The notes: generated from the letters alone by a model not told the origin. A stretch of DNA of 55,291 nucleotides from Methanobacteriota archaeon (GCA_011524855.1 WTJK01000033.1:32792-88082), one strand, 5' to 3'; positions 40,989-50,739 are shown, numbered from the stretch's first letter. Program-made: numbers and translations.

Positions 40989-43900
40989 TCAACGTTCTTG
41001 CTCGGTTAACCAATGCTGAACCTGGTCTCGGTGGGTTTCAATGTACCCCTTCCATTGCTCCTTGGCCCAACCTTCGGGCATTGGACCGTCCAACCAAGCG
41101 AGGAATTGTTGACCGGTCCAACCCTGGGGGATGATCTCGGGTCGAGGCGAGGAGGCACGTTGTTCCGAAATCACATTGTCTTGGACCATGGTGGGTGCGT
41201 CAAACAGCGTGTCAAAATCCACGGATGAAGACGCCGCCCATGCATCGGATTTCTCTTCTCGGACCCCGTGTCTGTTGCGGGCGAACCGAGCACCGATGAG
41301 GGCGACCGTGGCGATCAGGGCTGCAACACCCAAAACCAGGGTGGGCTGCATGCCCGGACCTGATTTCGCACCGTCGGTTTCCGCAGCATCGGTTGCGGTT
41401 GTGGTGTTGCAGGAGGTGCACGGTCCGGCGGGGCCAACGGTCACTTGGCTTGATTGGGTCACGGTTTGCATCAATTCGTCGACGCAAGTGACGTTCACTG
41501 CGAGTGTTTGGTTGGCAAGGGTTCTGGGGAGCGGGTACATCCATCCCATCAGCGTTGAGAATTGGGTTGCCTCGCCAGCCGCTTGGGACGACTGCATCAA
41601 TTGGGTTCCGTTGCTGTCCATCACGGCCAGGGAACAAATGACGTTGCTCAAGCCGTCCTCATCGCTGACACCGAGGGTCATGTGCAGGTCGGTTTCAGGA
41701 ATCGCCTCGCTGATGTTGAGGGGTTCAAGCAGGGTGGGTGCATGTTGGAACATGAGGTCAAGCGTGAAGCTTCGGCTCAGTCCGTCAACATCGCGCACGT
41801 TGACCAATACGGCGCCCTCACCGTCGAGGAATGAGGGGTCAAGGCGCAATCGAAACAGGTGCCAGTCGACCTCAGAGCCGTTGAGGCTCGTCGGCATTTC
41901 ACATCCCAAAGGCGCTGCACCCTCGTCCCACACCGGTGCTTCAGCCTCCGGTGCAACAACGGCCCACCCGTCTTGGACGAGCTGAGCGGTGACGCGATCC
42001 ACCGGACGGTCGCTGACGATGGCCACGGCAAGGGTGCCCACATCACCGAACGTCATGCTTTCCAACACACCGTTGCCATCGCATGCTTGAGCAGCATCGA
42101 CCTCGGGCGGCGTCAGCAGGAAGGGAAGGCTCATTCCGACCTCGGTGACGGCACCGTTTGGACCACGTCCTGTGACCCGAACACTCACCTCCCCGGCTTC
42201 AAGACCGCCGGGAATTTGTTCCATGCGCCATCGGACGGTGGAGGCGTTTGCTGCGATGTCCACGGGTGTTTGTGAGGGCGCGCCACCGGGCCACTGCACG
42301 TAAGCGTCCCCAACAAAGGTCGGCCTCGGGTCGTCGATGTCACTGACGGTCACCACCAGGTGTTCCTCGCCGTTGTTGACCAACCGGTCCAAGCGTTCTC
42401 CGTTGAGGTGTTCGGCATGGAGGGTCAAGGTTGGTGCGACATCCAGCACAGCGAAGGTCCGTTGGAGGAGCAGGGAGCCTTGCAGGGTTCGAACTTCCAT
42501 GCGTGCGGCATCAAGGCTGGAGCCGGCGCCGAGCAACCACGTGGTTTCGTAGCACACAGCGTTGGTTGACACCGACGTCGATTCCGTGATGTTCGTCACG
42601 TTGCCTCGGTTGGGCAAAAACACCGGCCATGCATCGCCTGGACGCCGATCCTCGTCCTGCACGCAAGCGCGCACCCGCTGCGAGAGGTGTCGTGGAACGG
42701 GCGTGGTAGGCTGAGGAGCGAGCGTGGTGGTGCCCGTCCATGAAGGGTCGTCCACATCGGACACGTGCGGGCCGAACCACCGAGCCGGCGAGTCCACGAT
42801 GGCGGAGGACGCGGTGGGATTCGACTGAACGATCAACCCCAAGTCGTCCTCCACAACGGCTCGAATCACCAAGGTTCCCAACGATGCGTTGGCTGGAATG
42901 ACCAGCGCACTCTCCCATGTTCGTTCGTTGATTTGGCCCAAGGGAAGCAGGTTCCACTCCTCGGTTAGGTTCTCCAGCGTCCCGTTGATGATTTGCCATG
43001 CGAGGGTCACGTTGGTCACGTTGCCATCGTCTTCGGCCTCCACCGAACAAATCGTGTAGGTGCCGCGGGTGATGCTGTTGGCTCGGCACAGAACGGTATC
43101 GACGGAGGGTGGTTCGTTCACCGAAGTCTGGAAGGTCAGCAAGTTGTTGGAAAAAGCACGTTCAGGGGTGCTGTTGGTGTACCTCAGCCGAAGGTCGAGC
43201 AAGCCGGATGAGGGGAGAACGACGGTCAAGTTCACCACGGTCCGGCTTCCAAGAGCATCACCCGCAGGTAAGGAGAGGTTGGTGGTGTTCAGCGTTTGGC
43301 TACCGACCAAGGTTTCCAAACGGAGGTTGCCGTTGGCAGCCGACATGCCCCGGTTTTCGAGCAGCACATGGACGGTGGTTGGTACGCCGAGGTGAACGGG
43401 TTGGGGCACGTGGACATCGAGCAGGGCCACATCGTGGTAAATGTCAGCGTATGCACTCATTTTGGGATCACCCACAACCACGCCCATCCATCCAGAGAGC
43501 AGGTTGGCAGCAGCGTGGCTCTCAGCGAGGTTGTACCCCGAGGCGTAGGTCGGCAACAAAACATCGGGGCGCCCCACAGCGGTCAGGTACGGTTCGTACA
43601 CGTAGCCTTTGACACCTGAAATGCCGTCCTCAAGCAGATCGGCCACGAGCGACTGGCCGTACCCCGTCCCCCAATTGAACGAGCGACCTCCCGTGGAAAC
43701 GGCCGTATCGCCGATGGAACCGTTCACCCACGACATGTGAGGCCGAATCGGCCGCAGTGAAAGGGTGTCAAGGAACAACGTGCCATCGGTGGAGGTGGGA
43801 ACGATGTCGAGAAGGATGGACACCCTGAACGCTACGGCGTTGGCATCGGGCCGGAACCGAACCGTCTCAGCGGTCCATGAAGGGCCAAACGCCTCCTCGC

Positions 43901-46313
43901 CCGAGGCGTTGGTGTTCAGCACGTTGCCTGCTGCATCCAAGGATTGAATGCGGAGGGAAAAGGAGCCGAACACATCGCCCGTGCGTTGTCCATGGGCGTA
44001 AAGGATCCAGGCATGGTCGGTCAGGTTCTGATCAGCCGTGCTGAAATCGTACACGGAGGAGAGTTCAGCGACATCGTTGCCGTGTCCAGAAAACGATGAA
44101 CAATTGTCCACGATTTCTCGGCGTAACACACCGATGTCATGCGGTGTGAGCGTGGTGTTCCATACCCGCACGTTGTCGATGAAGCCGTGGTAGAAGGCGC
44201 TGCCCGCGCGATTGACGCCCAGTTTGATCCGGTCGACGGTCAGCGTTTGGTTGGGCGGAAGCGAGACGTTGTTGACCAACACACCGTCAACGTAGAGCTT
44301 CAAGGTCCCGTTCTCGTGGGTGGATGCCAAATGCGTCCATCGTTGTGCCTCGACCGCTCCAAACGTGTGGGACTGGTTCGTGTGGAAACGCCAGGTGCCG
44401 CTGCTGACCATGTGCTGGAACGAACCGTTTGAGCCGGCGTTGTTGTCCACGGCAAACGTGGATGCATAGGAGGTTTGGTTGGAGGTGTTGGCTTTCACCC
44501 ATTGACTGACCGTGAACGGTCCGGTCCAATCGTCAACCTCCGCCGAGACGACGTCGTCCGAGCCATCGAACGACAAACAACCCCCGTCCACACAGGTGGC
44601 CCAGTTGCTGTTGCCCATCCCTGACGACATGGTGAGGTCAGCGGTGCCGGCCGTGTCCGCTGCGGATGCGCCCGTTCCGTCCTCAAACGTCCATTCGTGC
44701 ATCATGCGATCGGGTTGGGGGAGATGGCCCCCAGCGACGACGAAAGCAGACGCTGGAACGGGTGCCTTGGTCGTGTTTGGACCCGACCAGGAGAAGATCA
44801 AACCGTGCGGACCACCGCCCTGGTAGAACTCGATTCTGAAATCGTGAAGCCCAGCCGTGAGGTTCACCCACCCCGAGCGCTCTCTCATGCCGTGCATGCC
44901 GTGGTTTTCAACCAGACTCACGCCGTTGATCCACAGCTCCGACCCGTCGTCGGAGTTGAGGAAGAAACTCCAGTTGCCAGCGGTTGGGACATCGATGAAG
45001 CCCGTGAAACGGGCGCCCCAGTGTTGCTTAAATCGGTCGTCCAAGCCCGGATAGGCCGAGTTGGAGGAACCTCGATTCACGTCGGCTTCAATTCGCACAT
45101 GGTCGGGTGTTCGTTCGGTCAAATCGGGCATCGGGGAGTTCGTGATCGACACGCCGTTGTTGTCGAAATACTCTGCATACACGCCGTTCAGGTTCCCCCC
45201 GGCATCCTGGTCACAGGTCGTGGAGAGTTCCAACCCCATGGCGAAATTGCCGTTTCGTTTGACCTCCCCCTGATGGAGCCACGTTGCCGTGTCCCCGCCG
45301 CTGACGGAAGGAGCGGTGGCGTTCCAGTACCTCGCTCCGCTCGACCAACCGGTGTTGGCGGTGTCAAATCCTGCGTTGGGCAAGCGGTTGGCGTTCCAGT
45401 TTCCGTCGTTGCTTCCCCATGAGGCGTACCCCATCACGTCGTCCAAACCTGTCAGAAACAGTGTTTCTTCGTCCAGCACGACCGGGAGCCCCATCGTGCC
45501 GTTGAGCGTGGTGTTGGCGTCGTAGAGCGCATCGTTCCAGAATTTGTAGCCTGAGCCGTTTCGGTTGGTGGCCACGTCCAAGACAAAGTCGCCTCGAGCA
45601 CCGAGGCTTTGATTGGCGCGCTCAATCAGTTCAAGGGCGGTGTCCACCGTGTATCCTGTCAATCGAGTGACGAGAAAAAACCCGTATTTGCTTCGAGAAA
45701 AAGGTTCCATCGCTTGCCCTGCGAGCGGACCGTAACCGTGATTGAACCATCCGTTGTTGCCGATTGAACTGTTGTAGCTGCCGCCGAGCAGAGCGAATTC
45801 TTGGTCAAAACTTGCTTTGTCGTTGCCACCGCTGACCCGCAGGGGAACCCCTTTCGTGGTAACCAGGAAATTGATGCCGGATGCGGAGGTTCGGTTTTGC
45901 AGCATCTCCAGGAAGGGTTCAGCGAAGTAGGTGTTGAACTGGTTTCGGTTGATCGTTTCACCCGTTGGTGTACCGCTTTCGTTGAACAAAAACACGCGCT
46001 CGAGTGGAATGTTACGAGCAGCGACGAAGGCCCAGCCAATGGTCCGTGATGCCTCGGAGAGGTTGTTGATGACCACCCCAACATCGCTGTAATCCACGGT
46101 GTCCATGTAGCTGAACCCCGCTGGGCGAGCGGCCCCCCAAGCGGTTGAGGTGTTCCACGGGGCCGTCTCGTTGCTGACGGTGAACCCTTGAAACGCTGCA
46201 TGCTCCAACACCGATGCGTCAGGTTCGTGGAACGGTGTTGGTTTCATTGCGCCGGTCCACGATGCCCCCATCAACAGGAACAGCATGAGGATGCATGCTC
46301 CCTTAGAGGTCAT
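40989..46313 (-). CDS. Giant (1774 aa) cell-surface protein: signal peptide, PA14, LamG-like, CBM-like and CARDB-like modules, C-terminal TM and Trp-rich cytoplasmic tail
   Basis: Signal ACILMLFLLMGASWTGA. PA14: VYAEYFDNNG...GNWSFFLNSDDGSELWINGV...GLHDFRIEFYQGGGPHGLIFSW. LamG-like: LSFDGSDDVV...FTVSQWVK...LKLYVDGVLV...FIDNVRVWN. TM LVLGVAALIATVALIGA. Many N-x-S/T sequons. Confidence 0.85.
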   Translation of the reverse strand: MTSKGACILMLFLLMGASWTGAMKPTPFHEPDASVLEHAAFQGFTVSNETAPWNTSTAWGAARPAGFSYMDTVDYSDVGVVINNLSEASRTIGWAFVAARNIPLERVFLFNESGTPTGETINRNQFNTYFAEPFLEMLQNRTSASGINFLVTTKGVPLRVSGGNDKASFDQEFALLGGSYNSSIGNNGWFNHGYGPLAGQAMEPFSRSKYGFFLVTRLTGYTVDTALELIERANQSLGARGDFVLDVATNRNGSGYKFWNDALYDANTTLNGTMGLPVVLDEETLFLTGLDDVMGYASWGSNDGNWNANRLPNAGFDTANTGWSSGARYWNATAPSVSGGDTATWLHQGEVKRNGNFAMGLELSTTCDQDAGGNLNGVYAEYFDNNGVSITNSPMPDLTERTPDHVRIEADVNRGSSNSAYPGLDDRFKQHWGARFTGFIDVPTAGNWSFFLNSDDGSELWINGVSLVENHGMHGMRERSGWVNLTAGLHDFRIEFYQGGGPHGLIFSWSGPNTTKAPVPASAFVVAGGHLPQPDRMMHEWTFEDGTGASAADTAGTADLTMSSGMGNSNWATCVDGGCLSFDGSDDVVSAEVDDWTGPFTVSQWVKANTSNQTSYASTFAVDNNAGSNGSFQHMVSSGTWRFHTNQSHTFGAVEAQRWTHLASTHENGTLKLYVDGVLVNNVSLPPNQTLTVDRIKLGVNRAGSAFYHGFIDNVRVWNTTLTPHDIGVLRREIVDNCSSFSGHGNDVAELSSVYDFSTADQNLTDHAWILYAHGQRTGDVFGSFSLRIQSLDAAGNVLNTNASGEEAFGPSWTAETVRFRPDANAVAFRVSILLDIVPTSTDGTLFLDTLSLRPIRPHMSWVNGSIGDTAVSTGGRSFNWGTGYGQSLVADLLEDGISGVKGYVYEPYLTAVGRPDVLLPTYASGYNLAESHAAANLLSGWMGVVVGDPKMSAYADIYHDVALLDVHVPQPVHLGVPTTVHVLLENRGMSAANGNLRLETLVGSQTLNTTNLSLPAGDALGSRTVVNLTVVLPSSGLLDLRLRYTNSTPERAFSNNLLTFQTSVNEPPSVDTVLCRANSITRGTYTICSVEAEDDGNVTNVTLAWQIINGTLENLTEEWNLLPLGQINERTWESALVIPANASLGTLVIRAVVEDDLGLIVQSNPTASSAIVDSPARWFGPHVSDVDDPSWTGTTTLAPQPTTPVPRHLSQRVRACVQDEDRRPGDAWPVFLPNRGNVTNITESTSVSTNAVCYETTWLLGAGSSLDAARMEVRTLQGSLLLQRTFAVLDVAPTLTLHAEHLNGERLDRLVNNGEEHLVVTVSDIDDPRPTFVGDAYVQWPGGAPSQTPVDIAANASTVRWRMEQIPGGLEAGEVSVRVTGRGPNGAVTEVGMSLPFLLTPPEVDAAQACDGNGVLESMTFGDVGTLAVAIVSDRPVDRVTAQLVQDGWAVVAPEAEAPVWDEGAAPLGCEMPTSLNGSEVDWHLFRLRLDPSFLDGEGAVLVNVRDVDGLSRSFTLDLMFQHAPTLLEPLNISEAIPETDLHMTLGVSDEDGLSNVICSLAVMDSNGTQLMQSSQAAGEATQFSTLMGWMYPLPRTLANQTLAVNVTCVDELMQTVTQSSQVTVGPAGPCTSCNTTTATDAAETDGAKSGPGMQPTLVLGVAALIATVALIGARFARNRHGVREEKSDAWAASSSVDFDTLFDAPTMVQDNVISEQRASSPRPEIIPQGWTGQQFLAWLDGPMPEGWAKEQWKGYIETHRDQVQHWLTEQER

Positions 46314-46464
46314 GGGTTGACCATTCGTTGCGGTGCTTTAGCCGTGTCGTTCAACGGTTCGTCAACATCAGCGTACGGCGAGGTATTGGGGGTCGCAGTA
46401 AAACGAGGAATTCCAAGCACCAACGGGGCAGAGAATATGTAGGGTGGCCACCCCTGCGCAACTG

Positions 46465-47103
46465 ATGCCCGAACTCTACATGGCTCGTACTTGCAAGTGG
46501 GGCGTCCTCCGCGTGATGGGTGGGGACCTTTGGAACCACACCGCTGATGTTCTGGTCACGCCAGCCAACAACCGCCTTTCAGGCCGCGAGGGCATTGACG
46601 CCATGGTGCATGCCAAGGCGGGCAAAGAATTGACGCAAGTCACACGCAACATTTGTCTTGAAATGAGGAAAATCAACGCCCCTCCCTGTGCCGTCACCAA
46701 CAACGTGGTGACTGAGCCGTTTGCCCTCGAGAGCAATTTCTCTCGCGTGATCCACGCTGTTGGCCCCGATTGCCGCCGCCCCAATCAGGACGAATCTCGT
46801 CGCGAGTTGCTCAAAGCCACCTACGAAAACCTGTTCGACACCGTGGAATCCCTTGGTGACGTCACCTCCATCGTTGCGCCGCCCCTCTCCATGGGCGTGT
46901 TCGCCTATCCTCATCGTGAAGGCGCCCGCCTCACGCTTCAGGTGTTGCTTGACATGCTCGACGGTGAGAAAGATTACGGGGTCAAAGCCTACACCATCGT
47001 GGTCAAGGAAAAGAATTTCATCAACAACATGCGAACGGTGTACCGGGAAGGGGAAGACCAGTTCCCCGGTGTCGACACCACCATGGAAGAATCAGTCCGC
47101 TAG
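46465..47103 (+). CDS. Macro-domain protein (ADP-ribose binding/hydrolase family)
   Basis: GDLWNHTADVLVTPANNRLSGREGIDAMVHAKAG ... VIHAVGPD ... SIVAPPLSMGVFAYP. Possible starts at 46444 (GTG), 46465 and 46480. Confidence 0.75.
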   Translation: MPELYMARTCKWGVLRVMGGDLWNHTADVLVTPANNRLSGREGIDAMVHAKAGKELTQVTRNICLEMRKINAPPCAVTNNVVTEPFALESNFSRVIHAVGPDCRRPNQDESRRELLKATYENLFDTVESLGDVTSIVAPPLSMGVFAYPHREGARLTLQVLLDMLDGEKDYGVKAYTIVVKEKNFINNMRTVYREGEDQFPGVDTTMEESVR

Positions 47104-47667
47104 ACGCTCGTTCATGCCGTCCAGCCGCTGGTTGAGGAACGCCACCTCGCTGGCAAGTTGGTTCAACGAGGCGCTCTCGAGGTTTCGTTCGATGGACAGC
47201 GCCATCCGCTGGAGTTCAACGGTTCGTTGCTTTCGATCCTTGGGTCGATTGCCCTTGCTGCGGATACCCATCAGCCAATCTTCCAGCAAGGCAGCACCCC
47301 ATTCCGGAACACGGAGTTCGCTGGACAAATAGATGGTTTGACGTCGATGGGTGAACCGCGTTTTCCCCTCGGGTGTTCGCAGACCTTGGATGGAGCCAGG
47401 GTTCCATGTTTCCAGCGGGACGTGAAGGTGTTGGTGGATGGCCAGGTCCCCGCGCTCGGTGAGCCGGAAATCGGCGATCAGCACGCCCTGAGACAACCGA
47501 ATGAACACTTGGACGATGTCGTCGTGCGTGGCCCACTCCGAGATTTTCGCCGGTCGTTCGTTCATCTTCTCCTCACACCACGCTTCAATGGCCATCTGAT
47601 GGGTGTGCATGGTGTTTACACCGGATGAGCCGTCATCAAGGTTTGTCCTCTCAACCTTGCTGTGCAC
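47092..47667 (-). CDS. Hypothetical protein with C-terminal coiled-coil
   Basis: No motif recognised. The start may be 47610 or 47595. Its 3' end overlaps the macro gene convergently by 12 nt. Confidence 0.45.
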   Translation of the reverse strand: MHSKVERTNLDDGSSGVNTMHTHQMAIEAWCEEKMNERPAKISEWATHDDIVQVFIRLSQGVLIADFRLTERGDLAIHQHLHVPLETWNPGSIQGLRTPEGKTRFTHRRQTIYLSSELRVPEWGAALLEDWLMGIRSKGNRPKDRKQRTVELQRMALSIERNLESASLNQLASEVAFLNQRLDGMNERLAD

Positions 47668-47701
47668 ACATCTTCAAGTCGGTGGGGGGGCTGGAGGAAC
47701 C

Positions 47702-49159
47702 ATGGTTGGCTCGTGGGGCTCCGTCCAAGCGGATTGGACCTTGGTCTTCGCGCTGCTTCTTGGATGGTACGTGCTGATCAAAACCTGGGAACGAAACGGG
47801 ACCCTTGACCGTTGGAACGCCACGCGTGCACTGGGCATTGTGCTCATGGTGCGAACCCAGCGCGGCCAACGCTTGCTTGAACGCATGGCCAAGCCCCGTC
47901 GGTTCTGGCGGTTCTACGGCGAAGTATCGTTGTGGGTGTGCTCGGTATCGATGCTCATGGTGGGGTTGCTGGTGGTGCTGGCCTTCGTGACGTCCGTGCT
48001 GGCTCCACCCTCCGCCGACCCCCCCACCGCGAGTGAATTGGTCGCTGTGCCGGGACTCAACCCGGTGATTCCGCTCGGGTGGGGTGCGTTGGCCTTCATC
48101 GTCTCCTTGGTGATTCACGAGCTCGGCCACGGTCTGCTGGCACGGGGTCACGGGATGCGTGTCAAGTCGTTTGGATTGCTGCAACTCGGTCCGCTCCCCC
48201 TCGGCGCCTTTGCTGAACCTCAAGGCGAGGAACTGATGCGAGCGCCTCGAAGGGAACGCCTTCGCATGTTTGCCGCAGGTCCCGCAACCAACATCTTTGC
48301 AGCGCTGGTCATGTTGTTGCTGTTGGGCGGTGTTGCTGCCCAATTTGTCGCCGTGGATGAGAGCCTTCACGTGCAGGGCATCGTCAAGGGAGGCGGTGCC
48401 GATGAAGCGGGCATGGAGCCCTGGGACACCATCGTGTCGATCAACGCCAGCCCCGTGACGTCCTTGGATGATTTCAGAACGGTGCTTGACCGGCATCAGG
48501 CCAACGAAACGGTGGAGATCGTGGTCCGACATCAGGACGGCGAACGAGAAACACTCACGGCTGTACTGGGCGACAAGCACGCTTACTACGCAGACCTTGG
48601 TTGGTCGGATGAGATGCTTGCGTCGTTGGAGGTTGAACCCGGCGATGCCTTCCTCGGAGTGGAGCGACTGTCAACGTCCACATCGGGCATCGATCGGCTC
48701 GCAGGTCCCTTTTCGCCACGTTGGGAGGGTTCCATTGGGCAGCGTGCGCTCGCCGCACCGTTTCACGTCCTGAGCGTGCTCATCATCCCCTTCGAACTCA
48801 ACGGTGTGGCCATCCACCCGTTCGAAGAAACCCTGATTCAAGCCGGTGACGGTGTCGTCGGGTCGGTGTTCGGCACGTCCGGGCTTCTTTTCCTCGCCAA
48901 CCTCTTGTTTTGGTTGATGTGGGTCAACATCCTGTTGGGGTTCACCAACCTCATTCCGATGGTTCCCTTTGACGGCGGTCACATGCTCAAAGACCTGCTT
49001 CATGCGGGGTTGAGCGGATTGAAGCGCCTGGGACGTTCACTCAAACTGTGGGACCTCCACCCGATGACGGTGGACCACATCTCGTCGCGAGCATCGAGTT
49101 ATTCCTCCCTGCTGCTGTTGGGGATGTTGCTGTTTACGATGTTCATTCCGTACTTGTGA
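47702..49159 (+). CDS. Site-2 protease (M50 family) with PDZ domain
   Basis: HELGHGLLARGHG (HExxH), a PDZ-like segment (VKGGGADEAGMEPWDTIVSINASPV), NLIPMVPFDGGHML, and multiple TM helices. Confidence 0.8.
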   Translation: MVGSWGSVQADWTLVFALLLGWYVLIKTWERNGTLDRWNATRALGIVLMVRTQRGQRLLERMAKPRRFWRFYGEVSLWVCSVSMLMVGLLVVLAFVTSVLAPPSADPPTASELVAVPGLNPVIPLGWGALAFIVSLVIHELGHGLLARGHGMRVKSFGLLQLGPLPLGAFAEPQGEELMRAPRRERLRMFAAGPATNIFAALVMLLLLGGVAAQFVAVDESLHVQGIVKGGGADEAGMEPWDTIVSINASPVTSLDDFRTVLDRHQANETVEIVVRHQDGERETLTAVLGDKHAYYADLGWSDEMLASLEVEPGDAFLGVERLSTSTSGIDRLAGPFSPRWEGSIGQRALAAPFHVLSVLIIPFELNGVAIHPFEETLIQAGDGVVGSVFGTSGLLFLANLLFWLMWVNILLGFTNLIPMVPFDGGHMLKDLLHAGLSGLKRLGRSLKLWDLHPMTVDHISSRASSYSSLLLLGMLLFTMFIPYL

Positions 49160-49198
49160 GCGCAGGCCCTGCACCCACGGTTTCACCAGCGCTTCACG

Positions 49199-49867
49199 TC
49201 ACATCAACGATGCCGTCAAGTCCTTCGATTGGCGCGCTCGCAGTTCCGCCAAGACATCGCCTACGGCATCGGAGTCTGTTGGTTTTGTTTCACGCTCGAT
49301 GGAGACGGTCCTGCCTTGAAGCCCTTCCATGCTGGTGGGTTTCTTCGTTGGACGGGGACACATCAAACCGATGAACTCGTTGAGGGGCATGCCTTGGTCC
49401 CAGTCGATGAACGGCGACCCTGTTCTGGTCTGTGGGAGGGCTGGGATCCGTGGTTCCAAGGCCTTGAGCACGCCACGAAGTCCTTTGGTTTCCACTCTGA
49501 AGATTCGCCAAGAGTCCCCTCGGACGCCTTTCAATCGATGGGCGTACAGCGGCATCAAACCGGTCCGCTCCGCTTCCTCGATCATGGCGTTGAGCTGATC
49601 TTTTGTCCGGCCTGCAAAGTACAGCTTCTTCACTTTTCGAGTCTTGACCTCAATGGGAAACGAGCAATCGCCTCTCAGGGCCACCAAATCGCCGCTCCCC
49701 TCCATGCCGGAGCCTGCTGCTCTCACGACCAGAAACGGTTTGTTCACGATGCTGCGCATGCGTTGCTTTTCCTCGGCGGAGCAGGTCTTGATGACCTTCT
49801 CAACACCCCGTTCAACGCCGGCGAGCACATCTCGAAGCTCGCGTTCATAAGCGCCCGTCATGAGCAA
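49199..49867 (-). CDS. hjc: Holliday junction resolvase Hjc-like, with an internal insert and ~90-aa C-terminal extension
   Basis: GAYERELRDVL ... VVRAAGSG...GDLVAL ... IEVKTRK parallels P. furiosus Hjc (GAQAERELIK...VVRSAGS..VDLVA...IEVK). Confidence 0.7.
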   Translation of the reverse strand: MLMTGAYERELRDVLAGVERGVEKVIKTCSAEEKQRMRSIVNKPFLVVRAAGSGMEGSGDLVALRGDCSFPIEVKTRKVKKLYFAGRTKDQLNAMIEEAERTGLMPLYAHRLKGVRGDSWRIFRVETKGLRGVLKALEPRIPALPQTRTGSPFIDWDQGMPLNEFIGLMCPRPTKKPTSMEGLQGRTVSIERETKPTDSDAVGDVLAELRARQSKDLTASLM

Positions 49868-49980
49868 AACATTGCGTCAATCGTTCTTCATGACTTCGGT
49901 GGTTGTCATGGCGCCAGACCTCCTTTTTGTCAGGCTGTTCAGAAGCGAACGTTTAGAACCGCGTTGAACGGATTCGTACC

Positions 49981-50739
49981 GTGGCTGGGGTCTTCGTTCG
50001 CACCTCGGATTTTCGGTTGGCTTACCGCCTTCTCCAAGCCCTTGAGCTGAAAGGTGTCTCCCCTGGCTTTCTCGACATCAATGACCCGCTACCGGACCAT
50101 GACGCCTGGTGGTTTGGGACGCCTGAGGAAATTGCAAATGGCCCCGATGCAAGCGCTCGAGGGGTGGCTGCAACGGTGGACACCGTCCACGATGCGGTGG
50201 AGGCGTGGTGGCGTCGCTATCGACTTCGGCCGACCATCCAACGACTGCTGGTTGGCATCGACCCCGGGCCCCGGCCGGGCTGTGCATGGTACGGTGACGA
50301 TGTCCTGCTCGGCAAGCGGTCGTTCGACGGTTGCGGTGCAGCTCTCCATCATGTCCGTGCGATGGTGGATGTTCACGGTCCAAACGACGTCCTTGTGCGC
50401 ATCGGCAGCGGGGCCCCGATTCAGCGCGACCGGTTGGTCAACGCCGCCTTGCGGCGAGGTTGGCGAGTTGAAGTCGTCGATGAGCGGCGGACAAGTCGAG
50501 GCGGTTCACGCCACGAACACGAAGCCTCGGCCACGAAAATCGCACAAAAGTCCGGGCAATCGGTTCACGAAATGCGCATGTTGGCCCCCACCGAAGGTGA
50601 AATCCGCGACCTTCAACAGCGAAGCCGACGTGCCTCCAACGGGGCCATCACCATCAGCGCAGCGTTGGCTGCTGAGGTGTGCACAGGGGCCATGACGATG
50701 GCTGAGGCGTTGCTGGCCTCCGGCTATTCCTCTTCGTGA
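49981..50739 (+). CDS. Hypothetical protein, possible RNase-H-fold (RuvC/YqgF-like) nuclease
   Basis: GTG start. LLVGIDPGPRPGCAWYGDD resembles the first-strand IGIDPG motif of RuvC/YqgF-type folds. Later acidic residues (VEVVDERRTS) fit. This assignment is weak. Confidence 0.4.
   Translation: MAGVFVRTSDFRLAYRLLQALELKGVSPGFLDINDPLPDHDAWWFGTPEEIANGPDASARGVAATVDTVHDAVEAWWRRYRLRPTIQRLLVGIDPGPRPGCAWYGDDVLLGKRSFDGCGAALHHVRAMVDVHGPNDVLVRIGSGAPIQRDRLVNAALRRGWRVEVVDERRTSRGGSRHEHEASATKIAQKSGQSVHEMRMLAPTEGEIRDLQQRSRRASNGAITISAALAAEVCTGAMTMAEALLASGYSSS

Noticed and set aside
46444-47667. The macro-domain gene plus its neighbour as a DarTG-like toxin-antitoxin or defence pair
   Set aside because: The genes are convergent rather than in an operon, and the neighbour shows no ART/DarT-like motifs that I can recognise.
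47651-48580. 309-aa ORF antisense to the site-2 protease gene. The same reasoning applies to 18133..18978, 24860..25555, 27996..28727, 29942..30892, 5249..5950, 6121..6741, 37510..38286, 15099..15782, 22711..23289 and 54216..54872.
   Set aside because: Each overlaps a confidently identified gene on the other strand and has an Arg/His/Gly/Val-biased, motif-free translation. These are high-GC artefacts.
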